This document shows, one piece after another, positions 55,984 through 64,000 of a DNA stretch of 64,000 nucleotides; the first letter of the stretch is position 1, and each line of letters opens with the position of its first letter. The stretch lies in IMG/VR virus record IMGVR_UViG_3300042349_000876, positions 6,588-70,587 of that record; one strand, given 5' to 3'. This DNA comes from a virus. A model generated the notes under the pieces. That model saw nothing but the letters and a program-made list of their open reading frames with translations, was not told the origin of the DNA and did no database searches. Both the position numbers and the translations under genes were made by a program.

Positions 55984-56466
55984 ATGAACCAAATTCGCAA
56001 TTTACTGTCAGTTTTATCGTTTAGTTTACTCAGTTTAACCGGGTGTTCATCCCCCCCTGCAACCACAAGTTTTGAGATCTTTAGCTCGGATCCACTCAAT
56101 CTAGGTAATTCTGTAAAAACAAGCTCAAGCAAAGATCTGACACCTTTGGTAGACCACTGTGAATACTCTAAAGAGTACACGGAAGTACTCCTACCTTTCA
56201 AAAGCCAGTGCGACCTAGTTATAGGTAAAGTTAGTGTATCACTAGATGATTATTACTTGGACTCTTCTGGGAGAGTTGTTCTGCTAAGCGCCATGGTGGT
56301 TAACCCAGAAAAACGTCAGAAAATCATCGAAAAACTTGGAGGAAGCAATGCGAGTGTTGTGCAAGAATATACAGATGTTTGCATACAATACGGACGCAAC
56401 ACTTTGCCTCAGCTGCTAATTTCTTCGAAAGACAAATGTGATCATTTGTTGTACAGGTTAGTGTAG
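55984..56466 (+). CDS. Putative lipoprotein
   Basis: Signal peptide with lipobox LTGC. Confidence 0.6.
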   Translation: MNQIRNLLSVLSFSLLSLTGCSSPPATTSFEIFSSDPLNLGNSVKTSSSKDLTPLVDHCEYSKEYTEVLLPFKSQCDLVIGKVSVSLDDYYLDSSGRVVLLSAMVVNPEKRQKIIEKLGGSNASVVQEYTDVCIQYGRNTLPQLLISSKDKCDHLLYRLV

Positions 56467-56517
56467 GTTCGGTTACCCCTACTTTACTAAAAGCGGCTGG
56501 CAGTGTATCATAAAGGC

Positions 56518-56637
56518 ATGAGAAAACCAAACTGGCAACATAACTCTGGCAAAGAGAAGAAAGGAAAAGGTCGCTGCAAGGGGCGGGTGCGGGCAAGCAA
56601 GCAGGTTCTTCGCGCCCTGCTGGTTCGGTTCGGTTAA
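56518..56637 (+). CDS. Small basic early protein
   Basis: MRKPNWQHNSGK..., 39 aa, ATG 6 nt after -10 box. Confidence 0.5.
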   Translation: MRKPNWQHNSGKEKKGKGRCKGRVRASKQVLRALLVRFG

Positions 56638-56653
56638 CCGAACATTACTTTCG

Positions 56654-56680
56654 GTTACGAACGCTTGCCTTCCGCCCCGA
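56654..56680 (+). repeat. 27-nt promoter repeat (identical copy 57088-57114, partial 58041)
   Basis: GTTACGAACGCTTGCCTTCCGCCCCGA containing -35 TTGCCT. Confidence 0.8.
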
Positions 56681-56699
56681 AACGCTCTAGGCTTAGAAC

Positions 56700-57059
56700 A
56701 TGAAAGTTACGAAACAAGCCCTCGCCCGTCTGACCGCCTCACCCGTTGAGGTTCGGCTTTACAACGGTTGCTTCAACAAGGCGACGGTTAAAGCGGTGTT
56801 CTCGCGTTATACGCTTGAGTTGCGTGTCGAAGTTACTCACCCTGCGCTCCAGTGGCAATGCGGTAACAAAAATGCCGTCGAACTTGTATACTGGAAAGGT
56901 TGCGAAGGTTATCAACTTCCGCTCCCTCAAGAATTACTTCCTCTGGTTGAAAAGCTACAAGAAGCAGCAACTATGACGGAAGAAGAAGCGCAAAAGCTTA
57001 GCAACGAAAATGCTAACGCATTCAGACAAACAATGACTGCTCTCGGCCTAGCCGCCTGA
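56700..57059 (+). CDS. Early hypothetical protein
   Basis: ATG 6 nt after -10 box. Confidence 0.55.
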   Translation: MKVTKQALARLTASPVEVRLYNGCFNKATVKAVFSRYTLELRVEVTHPALQWQCGNKNAVELVYWKGCEGYQLPLPQELLPLVEKLQEAATMTEEEAQKLSNENANAFRQTMTALGLAA

Positions 57060-57133
57060 GCGCCGCCAGCCCTTTTCATTACGATACGTTACGAACGCTT
57101 GCCTTCCGCCCCGATCTAGTCTATAGTAGAAGT

Positions 57134-57361
57134 ATGAAAGAAAACGAGATGAACCTGTATATCCTGAACAACGTCCTGTCCGACTACACGGACGGCATGG
57201 CGGTGATCGCGGCTCCGTCGCTGGAGCGGTGCCGGGAGTTGTTTGTTGCCGAGTTCGGTAAGTACCAAGCCGAGGACTTCGACAATTTCGGTAAAGTCAA
57301 AATTATCGAAAACGTGCCGCACGTTGAAGGTGTCGTGTCCTACGTGTACGGGGGAGGGTAA
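57134..57361 (+). CDS. Early hypothetical protein
   Basis: VL.DYT.GM.VIAA...YVYGGG. Confidence 0.55.
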   Translation: MKENEMNLYILNNVLSDYTDGMAVIAAPSLERCRELFVAEFGKYQAEDFDNFGKVKIIENVPHVEGVVSYVYGGG

Positions 57362-57413
57362 GGTTCGGTTACCCGCCCTTTCGCAAACGACGAAGACACG
57401 CTATCATATAAAT

Positions 57414-57617
57414 ATGAAAACCGAAACCGAAAACCTGAAAACTTATCTGAACGAGCTGACCGCTGAGGAGCGTCAGCAGCTGCGGGACCTTACCGCTCGT
57501 GACTGGGCCGATGCCATCAAGGAGACCGTTACCGATCCTGGCTTCTGGCAGCACATGGGTGAGGCTTTCCTGCAAGGCTTTGAGCGTGGCCTTGAGAAAA
57601 ACCTGAACCGCTACTGA
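57414..57617 (+). CDS. Early hypothetical protein
   Basis: ATG 6 nt after -10 box. Confidence 0.55.
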   Translation: MKTETENLKTYLNELTAEERQQLRDLTARDWADAIKETVTDPGFWQHMGEAFLQGFERGLEKNLNRY

Positions 57618-57662
57618 GCGCCGCCTGACCCTGTAAGTTACGATTTGTGCAATAATAAAATC

Positions 57663-57863
57663 ATGCAAGAAACCACTCAAAAGTTTCAACTCCTTCTCGA
57701 AGAGATTCAGAAAACTGCAAGCTTCACTCACTGCGACCCTGAAAATAGTGACTACTCTCCAACCGACGGTGGTAACTATGACGACGCCTTCGAGGACGGC
57801 GAAGAATACGGTCGAGTAGAATACGCTCGTTACCTTCTTCGCTTGCTCGAGAAGCAAGCCTGA
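57663..57863 (+). CDS. Early hypothetical protein
   Basis: GGNYDDAFEDG. Confidence 0.5.
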   Translation: MQETTQKFQLLLEEIQKTASFTHCDPENSDYSPTDGGNYDDAFEDGEEYGRVEYARYLLRLLEKQA

Positions 57864-58085
57864 CTGCGGGCTACCCCCACGCTAATACAAAGGTATGAAA
57901 ATCGCAATCGCAATCGCTCTCCTCATCTTCGGTCTCGCACTCCCCTTTCTGTGTGTCTATCTGGGCATTCCCGTCAACACTCGCAACCCCTGGGGTTTCT
58001 GGTGGTGGTGACGGCCGCCAGCTTGGTTTGTTACGTTTGATTACGAACGCTTGGCTACGGGCTGCAGCTGCGCTAGGATAAAAGT

Positions 58086-58286
58086 ATGAAAACGAAGAAA
58101 CCCCTCCCCCCGCTTGGCACCGTTGAAACTGACACCCGCTACTTCAACGGTGTTTATAAAGTTACCGTCCGCGAAGTTCGCATCAATCAAGCGACGGGCA
58201 ATCGCTGGTGGTTTGTTACTCAACGGAAAAACTTTATGATGGCCGAAGCGGCTCAAAGCTTTGTTGATGACGTTGTGTGCTACTGA
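58086..58286 (+). CDS. Early hypothetical protein
   Basis: ATG 6 nt after -10 box. Confidence 0.5.
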   Translation: MKTKKPLPPLGTVETDTRYFNGVYKVTVREVRINQATGNRWWFVTQRKNFMMAEAAQSFVDDVVCY

Positions 58287-58342
58287 TTAAGGTACGGTTA
58301 CCCGCCCTTTACTTCTGTCTCGAAACACGCTATATTTAATTC

Positions 58343-58906
58343 ATGGAAAAAGTCCTCTGTCACCTTGGCGACCCCCGCCAATCCAAGCCAGCTTCGCTGG
58401 CGGAGTATGGAAAACTTCGTGAGAAGATCATTCAAGCACCCTGGACTGCCTTGAGTGAGGTTGACTTCGTGCGTGCTGTAACTGAGCAGGGTTGCCCTTT
58501 CTATGGTTCCCTCCTCAACGGACGCGACCTCATGGACCTGCAGTTCGAGAAACTCTGCTGGCGCACGCAGTCCCTGGTTGGTTTGGACTTCGACGTCTGT
58601 GACGTTTCCGGAGAAGACATGCGAAAGCACTTTCAATACCTCGGTCTGCAACCTTGGCTGGGTTACTTCACTTTCAGTTGCAACGGTCCGAAGCAGTCAT
58701 ACCGTCTGCTGTGGCGTGTTGAGTGCGACCTCAACCTTTCGTACGACGAGTGTGCTCGGGCACTCAAGAAAATGCGTGCTCTGACGAACAACCTCGCCGA
58801 TAAGCATGCTGCGAATCCGACAAGATTATGGCAAGGAACTCGTTCCGGTTTCTTTCACTACGACACCAACGGTGTTCGTCTCAACCTGAAGGAGTTGGCA
58901 CAATGA
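58343..58906 (+). CDS. Stand-alone AEP/prim-pol-like primase domain
   Basis: LVGLDFD, YFTFS, YRLLW, D......RLW.G. Confidence 0.55.
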   Translation: MEKVLCHLGDPRQSKPASLAEYGKLREKIIQAPWTALSEVDFVRAVTEQGCPFYGSLLNGRDLMDLQFEKLCWRTQSLVGLDFDVCDVSGEDMRKHFQYLGLQPWLGYFTFSCNGPKQSYRLLWRVECDLNLSYDECARALKKMRALTNNLADKHAANPTRLWQGTRSGFFHYDTNGVRLNLKELAQ

Positions 58907-59127
58907 CTGACTTCCCCCGTTTCGATCGCGACACCCTTTACAACTACATCTGGGAGGTTGTGGGAAAACGAGTTGGATACGGCATTGAATGCGATGTTTT
59001 CACAGACCAAATCTGCGATGCCGTCATGGAGTGGGTACCAAAGCACGGTGACTTCTGGTTGGATGATAACGGTATGTTGCGGGTGAACAAAGGTTGGGAG
59101 GCTGTGTGCGTGGAGGCACTTGAATGA
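58903..59127 (+). CDS. Hypothetical protein
   Basis: ATGA coupling. Confidence 0.5.
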   Translation: MTDFPRFDRDTLYNYIWEVVGKRVGYGIECDVFTDQICDAVMEWVPKHGDFWLDDNGMLRVNKGWEAVCVEALE

Positions 59128-59327
59128 CTGAACTCCTTAAAACTCCAATAAAATATGTGGTAGATATTCAAAATAAAAAGATTTCTCTTCATCGAAAGGA
59201 AGACTTCGAAGCATTATCTTTCAATACCATTGATGAGTTTATGTATGCTCTATCATCTATTCGCAAAACAAACAACATTATTTGGTATGTAGTTCCACCA
59301 GGATTGATAGAGGGTCCTCACCAATGA
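59124..59327 (+). CDS. Hypothetical protein
   Basis: ATGA coupling. Confidence 0.45.
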   Translation: MTELLKTPIKYVVDIQNKKISLHRKEDFEALSFNTIDEFMYALSSIRKTNNIIWYVVPPGLIEGPHQ

Positions 59328-59364
59328 AAGACAATCTATTCCAATTCAACACGGAGGCATTGGA

Positions 59365-59544
59365 ATGATTTTAGATGAAGAAACCATCAAACTTGCTAAC
59401 ACCTATGGGTTTGATAGGCACATATGTAAAACAACAAACGACATTTACTGGGAATGTGATGAAGAAGACCTCTTGAAGTTTGCCGAAGAAATCTTTCGAA
59501 TGGGTTATAATGAAGGTGGTTATGACATGTCTTACTATGAGTGA
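59365..59544 (+). CDS. Small acidic protein (MILDEE paralog 1)
   Basis: 59 aa read manually; KFA.EI...Y.EG. Confidence 0.5.
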   Translation: MILDEETIKLANTYGFDRHICKTTNDIYWECDEEDLLKFAEEIFRMGYNEGGYDMSYYE

Positions 59545-59812
59545 AATGAAACTCTTTCAACACGATAAAAAAGTCTGGGATGATGGTCAAATCTCTCACA
59601 CTTGGCAGTTTGTTATTCTCAAAAATCGTTCATTCCTGTGGATGAATTATGAGAACCCTACGAATCACTTCTTTTCCCCCGGTGGATTTCATATCACGCT
59701 TTCTTTTCTTGCCAGTTCTCTTTTTGGTGTAGAACTTAATAACAACAATCAATCTCTTGCTTTTGAATTTTTTACTGAATACTTTGAGGGGTGGGGCAAT
59801 GATTTTAGATGA
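59537..59812 (+). CDS. Hypothetical protein
   Basis: ORF track; start uncertain. Confidence 0.45.
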   Translation: MSEMKLFQHDKKVWDDGQISHTWQFVILKNRSFLWMNYENPTNHFFSPGGFHITLSFLASSLFGVELNNNNQSLAFEFFTEYFEGWGNDFR

Positions 59813-59963
59813 AGAAATTCTCAAACTTGTAAAAAAACATTTTGAAGAAGATTGGGATGAGAATGATGGTTGGGAGTATTCTGGAAACTTTGATGCCTTT
59901 GTGAAGTTTGCCCAAGAAATCTATGATAAGGCTTATGATGAGGGTTGCTTCGACAATTATTGA
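59799..59963 (+). CDS. Small acidic protein (MILDEE paralog 2)
   Basis: KFAQEIY..AYDEG. Confidence 0.5.
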   Translation: MILDEEILKLVKKHFEEDWDENDGWEYSGNFDAFVKFAQEIYDKAYDEGCFDNY

Positions 59964-59974
59964 GGACACTTGAA

Positions 59975-60160
59975 ATGACTACCCTTCTTCAAAACTACAC
60001 TCTTGAAGATTTCGTCAAATGTCGTAATCAAGCAGAGTGGGTTTGTGATAATTGTATGAAATGTGGTGATAGAGATTGTTGCTCTGGAAATCACATTATG
60101 TTTAGAGTTCCTAAAACTGATGATTGTCTTTGTTCTATTTGTGTGAGTGGATTGAAATGA
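59975..60160 (+). CDS. Small Cys-rich protein
   Basis: Multiple CxxC pairs. Confidence 0.5.
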   Translation: MTTLLQNYTLEDFVKCRNQAEWVCDNCMKCGDRDCCSGNHIMFRVPKTDDCLCSICVSGLK

Positions 60161-60399
60161 CTAACCGCACTGTAAGAGTCAAACCAAAGAGTAGCAAAGC
60201 GAAGAACCGTTTTGCGAACATGATGGATAACAATCCGGTTTGTGTTGTAGAGCAAGACACTGGCGGTGAGTTGTTTCTTGCCGCCGAAAATCGCAGATAC
60301 TTTTTCTGGGTAAGCGTTCGAAACGGCACTAACCGTTTCGGGGACAAAGCAGATGCACACTGGGAAATCATTTCTGAAATCAAGGATGTAATACTATGA
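60157..60399 (+). CDS. Cyanophage-type hypothetical protein
   Basis: V.VKPKSSKAKNRFAN.M...C.VEQ...FL...N..YFFWV. Confidence 0.6.
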   Translation: MTNRTVRVKPKSSKAKNRFANMMDNNPVCVVEQDTGGELFLAAENRRYFFWVSVRNGTNRFGDKADAHWEIISEIKDVIL

Positions 60400-60535
60400 A
60401 AAGTTTTTTTGAGGAATATGTTGCCATTCCACTTGGCATTCTGTTGTTGATTTTTATTGCCCCAACTGCGGTGCTTGGTGGATTGAAACTTGCCGCAACC
60501 TTAGTTGATATGACTCCTGCTTGTGAGGTGAGGAA

Positions 60536-60718
60536 ATGAAACCTAAATTCCGCGTTATTTTAGAACAAGCAATCGAAGAAGGTGTGCGTCGTGGTTGGCA
60601 CCTTGCACACAAACACGTAGAAAATCCTTTGCCAAGTGCCGTTATGGAGCACATTGACGAAGCTGTGATGTCTTCAATTTACGAATACTTCACCTTTGAA
60701 GAGGAAGATTACCAATGA
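60536..60718 (+). CDS. Hypothetical protein
   Basis: ILEQAIEEGVRRG...AHKH. Confidence 0.55.
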   Translation: MKPKFRVILEQAIEEGVRRGWHLAHKHVENPLPSAVMEHIDEAVMSSIYEYFTFEEEDYQ

Positions 60719-60996
60719 GTTTCACTAAAACCGTGTCCGTATTTGCTGCTCTCGCAAGTATCTTCGCTGCGGGTGCAACTGGCTGGAAACTTGCTCAAAA
60801 CGGTCAACCCACCTCTCCGCAACTTGAGGAGAAAGTTCAAGAATTAGAGAAACAGCTGGCTGAGACAAAGCAGCCTCTGGTAGTGCCTGAGCCTGCCAGT
60901 CTACCTGCTCCGCCAAACCAAGTGGCTCCAGATCCATCTACATTACCTCCAGTTAGTCCTCCCCCACCGATTACCCCCACCGAGCAAACACCATGA
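60715..60996 (+). CDS. Membrane-anchored Pro-rich protein
   Basis: TM, coiled coil, Pro-rich tail. Confidence 0.5.
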   Translation: MSFTKTVSVFAALASIFAAGATGWKLAQNGQPTSPQLEEKVQELEKQLAETKQPLVVPEPASLPAPPNQVAPDPSTLPPVSPPPPITPTEQTP

Positions 60997-61208
60997 AAAA
61001 TTTTGACCCTGTAAATGTTGGCATCACCATTGCCGCCATTTTGCTTTTTGGCGGCATTATAGGCGTTAATCTGCTCGGATTTCGCATCACACAGCAGGCA
61101 CTGAATGAGCAGTGTGGTACGAATTACTCCCTGATGCAAGTTGCGCTGTCCGGTGATAACCTGTCAAGGTTATGTCAGATTAAGAATCAAGTGGTGACGG
61201 TAAAATGA
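60993..61208 (+). CDS. Small membrane protein
   Basis: TM then ALN..CGTNY. Confidence 0.5.
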   Translation: MKNFDPVNVGITIAAILLFGGIIGVNLLGFRITQQALNEQCGTNYSLMQVALSGDNLSRLCQIKNQVVTVK

Positions 61209-61480
61209 TTGAAATTCACCTATTTGTACAAGAAGGGTGCCGACCCTGCATGTATGCCGAAACCCAACTGAAGAAGGTTGAGGGATGGGAGGATGTGGTT
61301 ACAATTACAAATGCTAAGGAAAACGGAGCATGGTCTCAATTTGCCAAAGATTGCGGAGTTGAGGTGACGCCGACTTTGATCGCTCTCGTTGAGGGGGTTG
61401 TTGTGGCAAAAGTTACAGGATCGCAAGACATGACGTCTGAATTTTGGCAATGCACCGTGGAGAAACACAAGAAAAAATGA
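61205..61480 (+). CDS. Thioredoxin/glutaredoxin-like protein
   Basis: GCRPC, VTPTL. Confidence 0.75.
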   Translation: MIEIHLFVQEGCRPCMYAETQLKKVEGWEDVVTITNAKENGAWSQFAKDCGVEVTPTLIALVEGVVVAKVTGSQDMTSEFWQCTVEKHKKK

Positions 61481-61547
61481 CATCTATTCTAGTCGCTTTC
61501 ATCCTTGTCTTTTTTGCTATAATTTTCATCTGTTGGGATATATCAAG

Positions 61548-61790
61548 GTGAAGCAATCAAACAAAGAGGCATTCTGGGGAATCACTCAAGGTGCTGCTGC
61601 CATTCTTTTATTCCTGGGGCTTTTTGCTCTATTTGTGCATTTCCTGGGCGGCGGGCTGGGGAACAAGGACGACTGGGCGAAGTTTAAAGTTGTTGACAAG
61701 TACAGGTACTGTGACGTGGTAAGGTATATGCCCGAAGGAGGTGCGAAGTATTATTACTTCCTGGATTGCAACGGAACAGGTGCACCTTGA
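61548..61790 (+). CDS. Small membrane protein
   Basis: TM then F.VVD.Y..CDVVRY...YFLDC. Confidence 0.5.
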   Translation: MKQSNKEAFWGITQGAAAILLFLGLFALFVHFLGGGLGNKDDWAKFKVVDKYRYCDVVRYMPEGGAKYYYFLDCNGTGAP

Positions 61791-61846
61791 ACCAGGTTCG
61801 GTAACCCGCCCTTTACAAGAGCGCATAGAAAAGGTATGATATAGGT

Positions 61847-62383
61847 ATGAAAAAAGCCGAACCGATCCTCTACAAATCTGCCGTCACTTTTGGGAGGATG
61901 GCGCTGCCACATTTTGGTCACGTAGAGCTGATTCAGCAGATGCTACGTTACGGTGAGTACGCTGATGTCCACCTTTCGGGACACGAGAAGAACAACGATT
62001 GGGAACTTCGTGTGTTGTTGCTGAAGCACCTATGCCGCCTGAAGAACGTCGATCTGAAGAGGGTAAGGTTCTACAACTCGCCGACCGTCACGGAGGCGAT
62101 GCACTTCTCGGTTGACCTGACCCCCTTTAACGAGTGCGTGCTTGTTCTCGGGTCTGACCAAATAACCATGGGTCGTAAAATTTCCGAAGCATACGACACT
62201 GGTTTTATTATCAATTCGCGTTCCACCTCGTCTACGGAAATTCGTTTCTTTCTGGATGCCGAGTGCTTTCTTCAAGACCTGCGTCACCTTTATGGGGGAG
62301 ATGAGTATTCAATTGTATTGGCAATGGTTCTCCGAAAAGAAGAAATATTCAGAGAGAAGGGGGTTTCCACTTCCTGCCCCTAA
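61847..62383 (+). CDS. HIGH-family nucleotidyltransferase (cytidylyltransferase-like)
   Basis: TFGR...PH.GH, LGSD, SSTEIR. Confidence 0.75.
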   Translation: MKKAEPILYKSAVTFGRMALPHFGHVELIQQMLRYGEYADVHLSGHEKNNDWELRVLLLKHLCRLKNVDLKRVRFYNSPTVTEAMHFSVDLTPFNECVLVLGSDQITMGRKISEAYDTGFIINSRSTSSTEIRFFLDAECFLQDLRHLYGGDEYSIVLAMVLRKEEIFREKGVSTSCP

Positions 62384-63005
62384 CCCAACCCTCCCCGGGA
62401 CTGTTTACACTTCTTTTTGTTTCTCCTTTCTTATTAACCCACCACGGAAGAACTCCAAGACGTCGAGCATTTAATTCTAAAATGCCCGAGGACTTAAATT
62501 CTTCACTGTGTATACCTGTTTTATTTAACAACGCCAACTTACCGTTTTTCCTTTGGACCTCGGGATTACAAAATCCCGTTTTATTTTTCGCATTTCTGCG
62601 ACCTTGAGTCGTACCGCCTTTTATCCCATCCAGAGTCATTTGTTCTTTTGATCTCCCTAAAGCGCCTCTCTTCAGTCTAACATTCTGTTGCCCTGAGATT
62701 GATCCTCCTTTCGCTGATGCTTTTAAAGAGGTGTTACAACCGCACCCCTCATTTAGACAAAAAGGGTTATTTAAGTCAGGCAAAATAAGTCTTTTCTCTA
62801 CACTTATTGCTTCGTTCCACCCCTTCTGGTTGTTTTCAAACACCTCTAGTATTTGAACTTTAGGGGTATAAAACTCCCAAACCCATTTGTTTGTAGAAGG
62901 ACTTCCAAAATACTGCTCTCCAAACTTTCTTTCTTTGTGAACTCCCCAGTACCAGTAAGGGACTTCATCAAACGTTATTTTGTATATGTAGATTCGCGGT
63001 TGCAT
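62349..63005 (-). mobile_element. Free-standing GIY-YIG-like homing endonuclease
   Basis: YIYKITF...YWGVH...YFGS...E..LI...CLN; WWVN..G...R...PGEGWVRGR tail; opposite strand to neighbours. Confidence 0.75.
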
Positions 63006-63061
63006 GCATTCGTCGCCGTCGTATTAAATTTTACCCTCAGTTCGCAAGGAGGAAAAACAGC

Positions 63062-63283
63062 GTGAAAAGCTCCAGTAAACTGCAAGAGAAACTCGCACAA
63101 ATCTTGCGAAACTCCCGGTTACATATTCAATTTCCTTATAATCGCCCCTGGAATGACCTAGAACTAAAAGAAGTGGCCTGGATTGTGGAAGATCATGTCA
63201 ATAGAGACCCTGAAGTCATCAATACAGACCCTTTAAAAGATTGGGTGGAAGAGTACAAATTCTTCTGTGCCGACCGTAAATGA
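63062..63283 (+). CDS. Hypothetical protein
   Basis: ORF track. Confidence 0.45.
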   Translation: MKSSSKLQEKLAQILRNSRLHIQFPYNRPWNDLELKEVAWIVEDHVNRDPEVINTDPLKDWVEEYKFFCADRK

Positions 63284-63353
63284 TTAGCGACACTAATGTA
63301 AAGTTTGGTTACTTTCGCTTGCCTTTCAGCTCAAGGTAGGCTATGATGATAGT

Positions 63354-63455
63354 ATGGAAATGGAAAACAACCTCCCTTGCGTGCCCGTGTTTGAGAGCCT
63401 CGAAGAGCTCCTAGCGGCGTTCGCTCCCGAAACCACCGAAGTCGAAGAAAATTAA
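63354..63455 (+). CDS. Small acidic early peptide
   Basis: 33 aa, ATG 6 nt after TATGAT. Confidence 0.4.
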   Translation: MEMENNLPCVPVFESLEELLAAFAPETTEVEEN

Positions 63456-63456
63456 T

Positions 63457-63912
63457 ATGGAAGCTTATGTGATGGTTGGAGCTCCTGGCTCCGGAAAATC
63501 CACGGAAGCGAAAAAGATCGCTGACCGCGAAAAAGCTGTTGTTGTATCTGGCGATGATATTCGTGCCGAGCTATATGGTTCTGCCCAAATCCAAGGAAAT
63601 TGGACGGAGATTCACGATCGTATTGAAGAAGAAGTGGAGAAAGCTGCTGCCTTGGGCCGCACGGTAATCCTCGACGGAACCCACTATCGTTCAACTTACC
63701 GTCGCGAAGCTATAGCTATGCTCAAGTCTTACGGGTATAGCCGTGTCGAAGCGGTTGTTGTAAATCCTACGCTGGCTACGTGCTTGAAGCGTAATTTTAC
63801 TCGCTCGCGCAACGTACCTGAATATGTGGTAAAAAACATGCACCAAAAGCTGCAAGGTTCTTTGAAACATATTTACAACGAAGAGTTCGACCACATTCGA
63901 TTTTTATTCTGA
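63457..63912 (+). CDS. P-loop kinase, polynucleotide kinase-like (AAA_33)
   Basis: MVGAPGSGKST, SGDDIR, ILDGT....R, RN..R.R.VP. Confidence 0.85.
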   Translation: MEAYVMVGAPGSGKSTEAKKIADREKAVVVSGDDIRAELYGSAQIQGNWTEIHDRIEEEVEKAAALGRTVILDGTHYRSTYRREAIAMLKSYGYSRVEAVVVNPTLATCLKRNFTRSRNVPEYVVKNMHQKLQGSLKHIYNEEFDHIRFLF

Positions 63913-64000
63913 TGTTTCACTACAACGACGTAATTGAAGAAGGCGATGTGATTGCTGTTGGGGATATTCACGGTCGATCGGACCTGTTTATTGAGGTCCT
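63912..64000 (+). CDS. Metallophosphoesterase, N-terminus (truncated by window end)
   Basis: VIAVGDIHGR.DL. Confidence 0.7.
   Translation, partial: MFHYNDVIEEGDVIAVGDIHGRSDLFIEV

Noticed and set aside
48943-61840. CRISPR array or integron attC sites
   Set aside because: Repeats are degenerate, separated by whole genes and tied to -35/-10 boxes; no cas or integrase in the window
1-64000. Stop-codon reassignment
   Set aside because: Conserved genes are intact in the standard code, TAA, TAG and TGA all end genes, and no suppressor tRNA is seen; anticodons UAG, UAA and UGA here read Leu/Ser codons

Overview
A 64 kb segment of a large lytic cyanophage (picocyanobacterial host inferred from psbA, psbD, hli, nblA-like, SLH porin and a cyanobacterial-type two-piece tmRNA); gene content suggests a non-T4-like cyanomyovirus, but the lineage is inference. 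Almost all genes are on the + strand. 1-15.3 kb: tail genes, tape measure, thyX, nucleases. 15.3-27.8 kb: replication and nucleotide metabolism, two phage sigma factors, NrdA with an embedded glutaredoxin. 27.8-39.5 kb: lysis, a family of proteins with a shared leader and variable C-termini (one an ADP-ribosyltransferase), a kinase, psbA/psbD and a glutamine riboswitch. 39.6-45.0 and 55.1-55.4 kb: 18 tRNAs, a permuted tmRNA, two tRNA mimics without a normal anticodon loop and about 1 kb of unexplained structured non-coding RNA. 46-48 kb: coiled-coil/collagen/Cys-Tyr peptide module. 48.9-64 kb: small early genes behind repeated promoters that predict leaderless mRNAs, RNA-repair enzymes and a homing endonuclease. 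Best novelty candidates: the ncRNA/tRNA-mimic block at 40.13-40.82 kb and the shared-leader effector family. All calls were made by eye; no database searches or folding programs were run.
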